NCBI GenBank assembly: GCA_004431415.1
Contig: QPMI01000484.1
Location: 1-64,000, forward strand
DNA: 64,000 nt
Source of the DNA: Cyanophora paradoxa CCMP329
Taxonomy: Eukaryota; Plantae; Glaucophyta
Direction: 5' to 3'
A program made the translations under genes and the position numbers. Shown one piece after another: positions 1 to 12,063 of the stretch. Below the pieces are notes generated by a model. The model did no database searches and was not told the origin of the DNA. It worked only from the letters and a program-made list of their open reading frames with translations. Numbering within the stretch: the first letter of the stretch is position 1; each line of letters opens with the position of its first letter.

Positions 1-748
1 AAATATGAATATTCATATGTGTGATTCGATGTTATATCAATAAAATCGATTAATTATTTGAATTTTCACATGAATTTTCATATTTTTATGCATTTCAATT
101 AATTTAATCGATGTTATATCGATAAACTCGATTAATCGATATTGTATTTAATTGTAGTTAATCGGAATTATATAATAACTTCGATTGATCTTAATTGAAT
201 CCTAAATGAATTAATCGGAATTATATCAATAATTCGATTAAATCATGTTCTTTTCCGATTAAATCAATTAAATATTTAACTTTGTTATCATAAGTGGTCT
301 AAGTTGACTCACTTTTCATTAACATTTGAACTCTTAGTCTCTTGAATTTCTTAAGATGACTCAACTTAGTCAACTTAGTCACTTTGTTACCATAACAATC
401 AGGGTGGACTCACTTTTAGATCAACTTTGAAATTTCAAGCAAAATCAACTTGGATTCAAAAGTGGATCTTCTAAGTGGACTCAAAATGTTACTTTGTGAT
501 ACATGTTAGCTCAAATCTTACTGTTTATGGTCAGGGTTGACTAAGTGGGGGAGTTGACACATTTTTAAATCCTTTTTAGAAAACTTAGGTCCAATATTTC
601 TGTGAAATTTGAGTCACTCAACCCACTTAGTCACCCTGCATTGATTCGTAACAAATCATATACTTTTACTACTTTTACGATTAATATGAGTCACCTTGAT
701 CCACTTAAATATAAATATAATATAATAGGGGAATCAAGGGAGATGCTT
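1..748. repeat. Left TIR of element A
   Basis: Reverse complement of ~25832-26610; e.g. 1-28 AAATATGAATATTCATATGTGTGATTCG = rc of 26583-26610. Differences are mostly single-base indels. Confidence 0.95.
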
Positions 749-1478
749 TAAACATATGATTTATTGACTATGATACTTACATCGTCACGCAGGTCTTGTA
801 AGAGGATTCGAATCTGTTTTTGGTTTTGTCAGGCGATGAGTTGGTGAAGAGATACATGCATTTTAGTGTTTTGTATGGGTTTAATGATTGATGTCATAAT
901 GCTGGGTTTTCGTCAACAGTTAAATGAACAGTTAAGTGGACACCGTTTCACGATAAACGAGTAGACACTGCCTACTCCCAACAGGTGTCCACTTAACTGT
1001 TCACTTAATTGTTCGCAATTTGCTTCATTGTCTTTCAATAGCTTTCCACAGATCTTGTTTTCAATTGTTGTTGCAGTCACTATTACAATAGTTGTCTCTT
1101 AACTGTTCACTTATCTGTTCGCTGCGGAAAAAGACGATGACGGACGTGTTATTTACGAAATGATGTCATAATGACGATGCAATGTATATGATATATATGA
1201 CACACCATCGAACTCGGGAGATCATGACGATCACGGCGATTATATATGTTATTTGTTTATGATACATCATTATTACATCATTATGATGCATCATTCCGAA
1301 ATCTCGAAAATCGATAATCGGCATCTTCAAACGCTTGTATCTCATCACCAGATTATCAAATCGCAACGTTCTGCATAGCTTGTGAAGCGCTTGAAAAGAT
1401 CTACAAGACGTGTATATCATATGCATATATGTATATCAGCATACATATATTTGAAAAAACGAGTTTTCGGCTAGCAAA

Positions 1479-2843
1479 CTAGCTAGTTTTGGTCCTTTCT
1501 CTTAGTGTTCTCTGAGGTTTAGGGCTGTATATGACTCCTTAGTAGTCTGAAAGTCATTATACCACTTGGCTATTCACTTCTGAAAGTTTCTGTGTCCTGC
1601 TATGGTGAGCTTTTTGAGTTCCCTGTAACTTTGCCAGTCTTCTCCTTTCTAGCCTCTATCAAAGGCTTATCTGGGACTTCATTAGCAGCTTCTATGCCTC
1701 TCTCCTTATAGCAGCATCAACCCTGGCTTCCTCTTTAGCTTGCTCTAAGGCATCCACTGTAGGGGTTTCCAGATACTCAACTGCATTCACAGGCAACAGC
1801 TCATGGAAAGCAAACCTGTTATCTATGATCTCCCAGTGGGACTCTTAGCTTAAACTTAAAGCCTTCTCTACTATCAACAGTGTAAACCATCCTAGACCAA
1901 TTGTTACCCTGTTTAGCAAAGGGGTTCTTCTCTACTTTCACTCTAACAAACATGCCAGGCTGCATGGTATCAAGATAAGCTATTGATTTCTTGAATCTTC
2001 ATCTTCTAATCCCACTATATACCTATAATGCTCCTCTGTAGTTTCGCCTGGCTTCATCTTAGTAGCTGAGTGACTGTATTATTGTAATTATACTCAATAT
2101 CACCTAACACATCAAAGAATCTAGCTGTGTTATTGGCTATGCAGTAGTTTGTGATCAATCTCTTAATCTGCTTGTTAAAGGCTTCAATTCGACTTGGCTT
2201 CTGTGGTCAGCAGTTCCACTCACTTGGTGTTCTATGAATTTACTAGATAAATACTCCTGGAATATTCGATTTTGGAATTCACTCCAGCATCTGATTGAAC
2301 TTTACTATGGGTCTTGCCACTCTCATTCAAGCTGTTTAAATGCAGCAATGTAGTGAGAGCTGATTTATCCCTTATAGGTATGATATACCCAGTTCTCAGT
2401 GTGGATTCCATTGCAGTCATAAAGGTATCATAGCCATTGTTTTGTTTCTTATAAGCTGGGAAAAGAGCAAATCAATCACATAGGTATCAAGGGGTTGCCT
2501 ATTGGGACCATGGGATCTCTCTTCCTAGATATAGCAGGTGCATTGATCTGAACAACTCTTGTTTTTTATAGAACTCTTGCAATGCTTATAGGATTCATCG
2601 GTAACTCAGCCCTCATAGCTTGAAGCCCTTTGTAACCAGTTCTCACATCATAGAATCTCTTGGCAATCTTGCTGGTTTCTTTCACTGCAATGCAACTGGG
2701 ATCTCTACTGGGACAAGCTCTTTCATCTCTGACTTTTTAACAATTCGAGATTCTCCCTTTTCCTCCTTTGGAACTGTGATAGGCAGTAGGTTACCTTGTA
2801 GTTGCTCAGTGGTTCTCCTAACTATTCTTCCAGTTGCTGGCAT
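1479..2843 (-). CDS. Retroviral-like (rve/DDE) integrase, Maverick type; frameshifted in this sequence
   Basis: Manual translation across frames: DTYVIDLLF..YKKQNNGYDTFMTAMES..GYIIPI, VQSDAG, YNYNNTV(H)SATKMKP; collinear with the intact integrase at 32885-33943. Confidence 0.8.
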
Positions 2844-2846
2844 CTC

Positions 2847-5800
2847 TTAATTAAAAGGAACAGAATTAATACCATCTGGTAAGATGTATCTCTTTGCATC
2901 AAAGCAGTTTAGGGCAACCCTTCTACTCACAGTGTCTATTATTGTGTGATCTGCCCTTCTTTCTGCTTTGCAGTCACAGTCTTGCTGATACCTGCAAATA
3001 AACACTGCTTAAAATCATTAAATTGGAGTTCCTCAGTTGAAGTCCCAGAGAGCTTACTCTCTCAATCTCAGCAGTTCTGAAACTGTAAACTTTGCTCTCA
3101 GACCCACATACTCCAATATAGCAGAACCTGGCATCTCATTTTTGTATTTACCTGGGGTCATTCTGTAGATCCCCCAGGTCAATGCATAGATATATTCTCT
3201 ATATCTTTTTGTAGGGTCTTAGATTCGATATATAGACAAAAGGAGTCAGTATCATGGAATAGTAACTTTGCTTTTGTCCATTGGGACCTTACAGTATCAT
3301 AGAAGAACTTGTAGTTATGCAGTTTGGCTGCATCCAGAACATAAGCCCAATAGCAACAGGCTTATCTAGCTTCACATGCTTTGTGTAAAACTCAAAGGCA
3401 ACTGCTTTTTCGTTTATGGGACTTGTTGATTTCACCAATGGGGAGCTGCATATTTCATAAACAGTTTCTCACTGTTTGCAATCTTAACCACAGATCTACC
3501 TCTGCAAGATTCAATGCATTTCCCATAGATTGAGTTATTCATGAGTTTATAGAAATCAGCCTCGAATTTATTCACTGCTTTCCTTCTCATCTCAGTATTC
3601 AGCTCAATGTAGGGTTTCATTACAGGAGCCACAGTAAATGATAGGACCCTGTGAACCTTCTTTATTTCACCCTTTGTCAACAGATACTGTAGAAGAGGCT
3701 CAGAAATCACATAGTTGGTCACAGAACCAAAGGTTGCAGTTAGCTTAGGGGTCTTATCAAGCTCTTCTCCTGAGAGATCTAATAGGCTCTTTTGATATTG
3801 TGATAATTCTGCATATTCTACTATTTTCTTGTTAATAATTAGGGGGAAATCACTGTGGTCTAGATATAGCCTAATTGGGTAATCCAGATCAACTTCCAGG
3901 AAACTGGATCTGTTATCTTGTGGGTTGAATTCGGTCTCCCATCTAAAATCACCAACTGGGATTGGCTGACTCAAACAGTAGCCATACAAGTTGTTAGCAT
4001 CAAACAGCATTATATGGGAGTTCTCACCATCAGCCTCAGCATACCTACAAGGCATTGTTGCAAAGCCACCCTGATTCCCCTCTCAACAAATTCGTATTGC
4101 TCTACATCACTTATAAGCTCTATTTTTGCCTTGGTGGTCCTAAGCATAGCATCCCAAGATAACCCAGGTGCAGATACATAATGAACTGGTCCAATCCATA
4201 TACTGAGTGTGAAAGCCTTCTGAAAGCTGGAATTTGTCATTAACTCATCTACATCAGCAGCCCAAATCCATAAATTACTTGCATCAATGAACTTGTAAAG
4301 ACCCCATTGCAAGAAAGGTATTGATCAAAGTTTTTCGAAAGGATTTCGATTCGCTTTTTATCACCCATGCCTGCTATTTTTCTGAAAATGAATGTCCACA
4401 GTCATCCATTTGGTCAACAACACTGCAACTTTGTTTGCTTTGAGATTCTCCTATGGAGATTGCAGTTTCTGCATGCAGGAGCAATATAATGACCTGTGTG
4501 GTGATCATGATCCCTGCATTTGAAGTTCTCCTTAGTGAACTCTCACTGCAAAGGTAACAGTGTTTGGTAGCTCTGTAAATTGCTTTCTGCTCATCTGTGA
4601 GTTCATTCATAGGAATATTGGTAACAGGAAATCGATTAGTTCTCTTGCTTTGGACTCCAAGCATTCAAACAGACCTCCCATTGGATCCTGACCCTCAAAT
4701 CGAAAATCTTGAACATCTCCCAGTGACTACTCTAAGGTTGACTGCTGAGACTTCCTCTTGGATTTCGATGCATCAATGGGGATGCTTCTATGTTCAATCT
4801 TGCAGTAAACCACAACAGGAAGCCAAACAGTTTTCCTGAGGTTTTTCAGTCCAAACTCTATGGTGGTCTCAGGTTTTGGTGTGATTCCCTTTGAGAGTCT
4901 CCAATCAATGCATCTATTTGAGTCCACATGAGCAGTGAGTTTAGCCTCAGACCTGAATCGAGATAAGCATGTGTCACAGTAGTGTAACTTCTGATCATTG
5001 TATGTTTCATGTTTACTTTCAATAATCTTGAAAGGGACATGATTGTAATATAATGACCATTCCCTTCATCATCAAATATCAGCATGAGATTAACCTTATG
5101 CTTTCTGCCTGGGTTACTTGATTGATGCAGGGGATAAATAACCTCTCCATCGATTCCAAATATATTAATGCTAATGCCTGCATTTTGAGCCTCGAATTTA
5201 TCAATAATATCAGCATCACAGGCAACAGGGAATGGGATGTTATCGAAATTGAGAGCCAGCGGATTATAAGCGATTGCTGAGTATTTCCATTTGCGATATT
5301 GTGAAAGCTCATTCCTCTTATGGGAGTTTATCGCTTTTCTGTGAATATATGCCAAAATTGCATTTTCGAAGCAGGAATCATCAATATTTCGAATATTTAC
5401 TGTGGCTCTCTTCCTAGCAATCCACTCTGGGGTTTGTAGAAAGCATCCACCAGTTGGAGCATAACTCATAATAGCCACTCTGAGTATTTCAATTCTTTCT
5501 AAGCGATAGCTATCAACCACATTCATCTGCTCCTGACACATTTGGGCTGCTTTATTCAGCTCAGTTCGAATATTTCTCGACCTGGTTAATACAAAGTAAT
5601 CACTGTAAATGTATTTCGATATCCAAACCTGTGGATTGCTCACTTTAACGAACTTGCAGATAAAAGACAAGCGAACCTTGATTGCCCTGAATTGATCTAA
5701 ACCCTGCTTTAATCGATTTGGAAGGGATGTAGCAATTCTATCCAGGAATTCAATCACATCTACAACAACTTCCCTTCTGGCTCTGTAAGTGAGCCAGCGA

Positions 5801-6060
5801 TATAATTCATTCATGGCTGTTCCATCTTCTGCCTCTGGTTCTATTTGCCTAAGCTATCCAATTCATCCAAGGTTTCAATTTATCATATAGGTTATTTGCT
5901 TTTCTGGTTAATCTGCTTAAAGTGGGTCTGCCCTTTGCAATTAAATCTATTTCCCGGTCATATTCAGCCTCTGTATTTCATGGGCTGCATAAAGTGTTCC
6001 CAGCAATCCCATGAGTTCCCATTTCTTCTCCCTTATGAGTTTGTTGGTAATTCGGGGCAT
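2847..6060 (-). CDS. polB: Protein-primed family B DNA polymerase; frameshifted in this sequence
   Basis: ORF pieces with ATVNIRNIDDSCF, SAPGLSWDAML, DANNLYG, KLMNNSIYGK, HDTDS and C-terminal FDAKRY; collinear with pPolB at 28863-32843. Confidence 0.92.
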
Positions 6061-6065
6061 TATTC

Positions 6066-6469
6066 CTAACTTGTTCCTATTCTAAGGGGATATTTTATTT
6101 TAGGATGTTCTAAACGCAATTTAAAATGTTTTAATGGATCCACTGGCTTCCTCTGAATGGAATCGCAAAAACCTATTAATCCTAAATCGGATTTCGGTTT
6201 TTGTAAATTGACTATCCAAGGTTCAAAGAAATACATGTAATATGCTTCTCTGTTCATTAGGTCTTCATGCCCACCCTTCTTACTTGAATACAGGACTGAG
6301 AACTTCACATCAGAAGCCTTGCATAGGTCTGCTGTAGATGGCATTTGACCTGATTTGTGTTGTCTCCATCTTTTTTGAAGTGGCTGTGAGGTTCTCCTAT
6401 GTAGACTTTGTTCATTTCCTGACTCTCAATCATATAGATCGATCCAGAATCATGATCTGTTCCAGCCAT
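6066..6469 (-). CDS. GIY-YIG endonuclease (one frameshift)
   Basis: From ATG at 6469: SGSIYMIESQEMNKVYIG, then after a 1-nt shift TSQPLQKRWRQHK...LMNREAYYM (GIY-YIG motif plus conserved R and E). Confidence 0.75.
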
Positions 6470-6520
6470 TTCTTACTACTTACATATAAATATATTTTTC
6501 TATCTCTTAAATCATTTTTT

Positions 6521-6624
6521 GGTTGACTTAGTGGGTGGAGTTGAGGCACTTTTTATTTCTTTTTAGGGCAGAGTCCTTTTTAGAATCTGTGAAAAAATGA
6601 GTCAACTCCCCCACTTAGTCAACC
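6521..6624. promoter_or_regulatory. Internal copy of the TIR inverted-repeat module (putative origin/helicase-binding site)
   Basis: 6601-6624 is the exact reverse complement of TIR 535-558 (GGTTGACTAAGTGGGGGAGTTGAC); the whole ~100-bp module resembles 535-636; it lies just downstream of the primase-helicase gene. Confidence 0.55.
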
Positions 6625-6699
6625 TAATCGATAAATAAACCGTAAATAAAAGACTGTTTGGGTCTTTTATGATAAATTTGAATCAACTGTGAGTCCACT

Positions 6700-9278
6700 T
6701 TGACTAAACTTAACTTCAACATCTGAATCATAATCTGATGCATCAGGATCAGCAGCAGGTAGTCTTGTTTCATCCTTGGATTAGCTTCTTCCTCAATAGT
6801 CTCATCATCTACAAGTTCATCTTTCTGAATTCCTCAAATACTTGTGGGAAAGAAATGATAGTATTGTTTGCCATTTGTAGTTTTCACTTGGATATATGTC
6901 ACACTTCGCATTTCTGTATAATATCTGCGACTATTATAATCGTTTTTATATTTGTTGCTGGTAATAAACTCCTGGAACCATTTCCAGGTTTCCACAAGGC
7001 TACCAGACTTGCATTTATTCTCGGAAATTAAGCCTCGATCCACAAGCCACTTAGTGAACATAAGAATGATTGGGCGCATACCTGTGGGCTAAATAGTATT
7101 TATTTGTAAGGGTCTATCAGCAATCCAGTTCACATCCTCACAGTCAACTTTGGTTCTCAAATAGTGGGCAATGTTTCGAATATTGCAGTGATCATTTAGC
7201 CATTTTACAAGTGGAAGGAAGTATGACCTATCCTTTGCGAATTTCTTACTAACTTCAACAACCACAAATCGCCTATCTCCAGCTTCAATTTTCACTGGAA
7301 TGTTGTTATTGCTGGTGAATATAATCCTGGCAAAGTTGCTTTTTGTGTATGAATCTATCCCTTTGTGTTCAATTACAATCTTATCAGAAGTTATGAGATC
7401 TTTGAGCATATCATTATTTTCGAATGTGTCCTTGCCTGAGGCTTCATTCACAACAATCAGATCTTATCCTCTCTATTGTGGGCAAATCGACCAAACAGAT
7501 CCTCTTTTGGCTTTCCAGTTGCATAACTTAGGGCATCTCCAAGTATCTTCTTTTGGAAAGTATCAACCAACACATTTTACCAGTTCCCTGCTCACCAATG
7601 AAGATTAAGGATACTCCATTGAGTTCCCCAGGCTTTTGCAGCATGTGGGCAAACCATTTCAACAGATATTCATAGGTATTTTGATCCTCACCAGACATTA
7701 AGAACAGTGATCTAGGAAAGGCTTAATCATCTCAGCAGTTACATCCTCTGGGCATTTTCGAATTGCTGATGGTCGACCTTCATTCCTGGATAGAGATTAA
7801 ATACAGACTTGCATTTTGCACTGAGAGTAGCAGGAGGGGAAGGAAATCCATGTAAGTTGATCTTGTGGCTGTTGGATCACAATCCATTTCTAAATGATTG
7901 CTCCATTTCTCTTTCTCATTATCTGTTCCCTCATTGACAATCACCTTATGCATCAATGGGGAAATGCTTTGTAGAGAGCTTCCCAATATCTTTGGGCATC
8001 CAGCAAAGTAGTTGTTCATCCCAGAGCATCACACAACCAACATTTTCAACATGATGCATTCGAGCATTGAAATACCTCTTATGCACATTGTAATGTTCAG
8101 CCAAAGGAGGGATACTTGCAGTCTTGTAATCGATTTCATCTGTGTCCTCTGGTAGGAATGCATACTTTTGGGGAAGAGTTCCTTGAAAAGCTCATTGTTA
8201 TCTTTGCTCAACCAATAAACCAAGGATTTGAAGGTCAACACTTTGCCAGGCTCAGCCTTCTTCTTGCTTCTGCGAAGCTGTGTAAACTTCTCCTGGCATT
8301 CATCATAATCATACTTGTCACTCTGTTCTGAGAATTGGTGGAAGAGTTCAGCTTGCATTTTAGGGGTGAACTTGTTGTCTTCCCCAACATTGATGATGAC
8401 CAGTCCTACATCAATCCAAGTTTTATACTCATTAGCTCTCTCACCATTCAGACCCATTATAACACTTTGTAGCAGTTCGAAAGTAACAGGATTTTCGGGT
8501 TCAGTGTCTTTTTCAGCTTCTACCTTCTCAGTCTTCACTTTATCACTTTTTGGCTCCTTTTTAACTGGTTTTGGCTCAGGGTATAATTTGCGAATGCAGA
8601 AATATTCGATTCATCCACAAGTTTAGTAGAAGCTGAGAAGAAAGATACAAAGAAGTCCTCATTTCGCATTAACACTTTGTCACAGTCAACGAATTTCTTA
8701 AAGCAAACGTTTTTATCAACATCTTTCTTTGATTATTTTGAGCATCCAGAGTCTCACCTTTGCAGCAATTGAGGCAGATAGGTTCTGTGTGGAGCTGTAA
8801 ACTCCACTGTCATAATCCTCATTTTTCACCAATCCCATAGCTTTGAAAAGCTTGGGATATCTTCATGTTTGCATGCAAGCGATTTAATATAAAGTGGGCT
8901 GAGATCTTGAACTTGGTGACATCCTCCTTGATCAAATAAACCCTTCTATGGCGAACTGCAACAGCAATATCGTTAATCGAAGTGGTCCAGATCGCTTCCA
9001 TAGCTTATCTCTCATCTCTCTTACAACAGTTTCAGCCTCAGCATAGTTATCAGCAATGTTCTCCTTCAAATCAGCGAATTTATCCAGGTCCAGGTAAACT
9101 CTGGTCACTTGTTCAGGTGAATGCATTCAGCCCAGGTCTTAACCTTGCTATTATCAATGGCTTCAAGGGCATCTTCGGCAGAATCAAATACATGGGTGAC
9201 CTTGTTGCGATCACCAATGAGAGTACTAAGGAATGTAGCATTTTCAACAGGGGTGGCGAATTTCTCGATTTTGTTCAT
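6700..9278 (-). CDS. AEP primase + PriCT-2 + D5/NrS-1-like helicase fusion; frameshifted, 3' end approximate
   Basis: RVYLDLD and ISAHFIL (AEP motifs), EYKTWIDVG..FSEQSDKYD (PriCT-2), GEQGTGK Walker A, VNEA Walker B, LKDLIT..IIFTSNN..DRRF. Confidence 0.88.
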
Positions 9279-9340
9279 TTTCGATTTTGGGGACTTCTAC
9301 CTTTAACGAAGAAAATAATTTCGGAAGGAGGAATTGTCTT

Positions 9341-9562
9341 TTATATATATCCTATTATTTGCCAAGTCCTTAAGTAGTTTTGGGTCGGGATACTGTCTCG
9401 ATATATAGGTACAGTTTTAAAAAGAGGGAAGAAAGCTGTCATTTTTTTGCCTCCGATCAAATCGATTTCTACAAAATTTGTTTCGATCGAGAATTTATTC
9501 TTCGATATATTTCCGAGGTCTTCCAACCGGTTTATGCTCTTTGGGTTTCTTGGGCTGTTCAT
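9341..9562 (-). CDS. Small hypothetical protein
   Basis: 73-aa ATG ORF overlapping the stop of the upstream ORF; same orientation as the replication block. Confidence 0.4.
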   Translation of the reverse strand: MNSPRNPKSINRLEDLGNISKNKFSIETNFVEIDLIGGKKMTAFFPLFKTVPIYRDSIPTQNYLRTWQIIGYI

Positions 9563-9819
9563 CTTTCTTCTTGTGGTAATATTCCAGCGCTTTTGCCTTT
9601 TTTGCTCGCGATATTCTTCATTTTCCCTGTATTTCCTCTGGTGTCTGAGGGCAATCTTTTTGAGTTCTTCTGGTGTGTGAACTGTAGCGGCTCCTTGGGA
9701 TAATCGTTCCTCTTCTTTTTATGATAGGCTTCGCGTTTTCTTTGGGCATCTTGCTCCCTTTTCAGTCTCAGCTTCTCTGCTTTTTCATCATCTGTGAGTA
9801 TCTTGCGGATATTCGGCAT
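9559..9819 (-). CDS. Small basic/coiled-coil protein
   Basis: MPNIRKILTDDEKAEKLRLKREQDAQRKREAY; preceded by the AAAAAATGACTTAAG motif. Confidence 0.55.
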   Translation of the reverse strand: MPNIRKILTDDEKAEKLRLKREQDAQRKREAYHKKKRNDYPKEPLQFTHQKNSKRLPSDTRGNTGKMKNIASKKGKSAGILPQEER

Positions 9820-9968
9820 TTCTCTTTAATAGTAGATACGAAATAATTTTTCCTCAATACAACTATCTACTTTTTCTTAAGTCATTTTTTGTTGCGAACA
9901 CCAGTTCCTGTCTGTAAACTTTTATAGCTGCCTCAGTGGCATACTGAGACCGCTTTTTCTCAATTATC

Positions 9969-10213
9969 TTATAGACCTGGGGGTCCATTGCTACTATCAG
10001 TAGGCAAATAATATTTAATCGGTCTCCCTCTGGGTCTCTGCTCCTCTTTTTGGGCTTTTCTGCGATAATAGGATGCCAGGGCTTGCTGCTTTTTATACTC
10101 TCTATATGCTGGGTCCTCTCTATATCGTTTCTGCATTGCTAGATGTGTCTAATAGAACCCTCAGTAACAGGTTCATCACTGGTAAACTCGATTAAACTAA
10201 TAGTGTCCTCCAT
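9969..10213 (-). CDS. Small AT-hook-like protein (frameshifted copy of 34737-34982)
   Basis: Near-identical DNA to the intact element B copy carrying RPRGRPIKY. Confidence 0.65.
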
Positions 10214-10467
10214 TTATATTCCAGAGAAAACGTTTTCTGCTGGCAAGAACTTCTCCTTGGATACTCCTGTTGCTCATATGTATACTCTGTGGGGTCTGCT
10301 GGCATTGACTCCACAGAAACTGTTGATCTCCTTCTCTCTCTTGCCTCAGATACATTATCCTCAGTATCTGACATCTCAAACTCTATTGTTGTGTCACAGC
10401 ATCCACTGTGGCAATTGCTTACCACATGCAGACTGAGCATCTCAATAAACTTTCGTATTATATCCAT
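10214..10467 (-). CDS. Small Cys-cluster protein
   Basis: MDIIRKFIEMLSLHVVSNCHSGCCD; conserved in element B (34983-35237); 3' frame uncertain. Confidence 0.55.
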
Positions 10468-10488
10468 GTCTCTAATAAACAGAGAAAA

Positions 10489-11208
10489 TTAAAGCCAAAC
10501 TCGTCTTTTATATACTGTGGGGCTACTCCCTTTTCTACTTCAGCTTTGTGGCACCAGGTTCAATGTTCCCTTTTGGGTCTTTGTTTTCATTTCATCTACT
10601 GCTGCTCATCGATTTGGTTCTCTTTCTTAGCAATAAACTGTTTATCTGGGACACCAGTAATGCCCATTTTATAAACTTCCTTTCGAAGCATCTCCTTTAG
10701 CTTGGCTCTCTCTTTCTTCTCAGTAACATACTGCTCCAAGGCACTGGATTTGGCTTCCAGATCTTTGAGTTTAGCAGTCATCTCATCCCATTGAGCCTTG
10801 GAATTCGATGAATATTTTGAGTGGGAGCAGTCTTATATGTGACTTCACCAGCCATAGACTGGATTACCTTGTCTGATTCCTTACTAAGACCTCACCTTTG
10901 CGAGCCAGTGATAGATCTTGCAAGCCTAAACCTTTATCATCAGCAGCACCAATAATTCGCCTGGCACCCTCAGCAACAGCCTCATTTTGAGCTTCTGGTG
11001 AGATGTTGAGTTGTCACTGGTTGAAGCCTGTGGGGCTTTTCATCAACTGATTCCTCATAGGCAGCATTGAGGGTCTCTTCTTGCTGTGAGGGCTTCACCT
11101 CATTCATACCATTGAATTTCATTGGTTCAGTATTAATGGATCCATTGTTTCCACCACCTGAATAGCCAACAGCCCAGCTGGGATCCCTATCTTTCGTTTG
11201 GGAGGCAT
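10489..11208 (-). CDS. Hypothetical (possibly virion core) protein; frameshifted copy of 35260-35994
   Basis: Near-identical DNA to the intact 244-aa ORF in element B. Confidence 0.7.
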
Positions 11209-11236
11209 TGTATCTTTATTAGAATGAGAGATAATT

Positions 11237-11998
11237 TTATAAACCGCGTTTATATCGCATCAATTTATTGCTATGGACTTGGCTTTTCACTTCTTTAGGG
11301 GCTTCCTCTTTCTCTGGAGGTTTCAGTTCATCTTCTTTCTTTTTGGCTTTCTGTGGAAGCGAGGAAATGGGAAATCTTTCACAAGCTCAGCTTTATCTAC
11401 ATAGTATTTAACTGAGTAGTTTGCAGAGGACCAAATATATACTGATAGGAGTGAACATACTCTTCAAACATCTTGTAAAATCCTCTTTATTTCGCATTAT
11501 ATTGTATTCTTCCTCTATGGCTTCCAGTTCTTTGCGATTTGCAGCACTAAAACATAGCATAGTCCGAATTAACTCGAATAGTCGAAGAGACTTTCCTTAG
11601 CTTTTGTGTGATGCAGATAATGATATTTGAATGGCGCCACGGAATACAGAGACCATATTTTATCACGAGTTAGGTCTACATTCATTATCGATTAAATCAT
11701 CTAAACCACACATACTGGTTAACAGGTTCACCTTTTTCTATTTTCTCTTGCCTTTCATCTAGCAATTTAGCAATGTAAGGGGCATCCCATTTTCCCAGTT
11801 GCATGTTGCAACTTTATCCCAGAAATGATTGAAGCTGGTTCCACTCACAACTAATACAACATCAATCTTTTTGGCATCATGCAACTGCTTCAACCAATAT
11901 TTTACAGCTTCTGATTTACCAGTGCTGATTTCCAATTGCTAGACTCGAAATGGTGGTTCTATCATTTCACCAGCCACAAATTCATCCAAATCATTCAT
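11237..11998 (-). CDS. A32/FtsK-HerA-type DNA packaging ATPase; frameshifted, divergent allele
   Basis: MNDLDEFVAGEMIEPPFRV..TGKSEAVKYWLKQLHDAKKID, ICITQKLRKV; homolog of 36023-36805. Confidence 0.85.
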
Positions 11999-12063
11999 TG
12001 TTGTATATCTTTCTAAATAAATACAGATAAAAATAATGCATGGTGACTGAATATCGTAACAAT

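Noticed and set aside
1166-1426. 86-aa ORF inside the left TIR boundary, and 25958-26149 within the right TIR
   Set aside because: Low-complexity repeat-derived sequence with no motifs.
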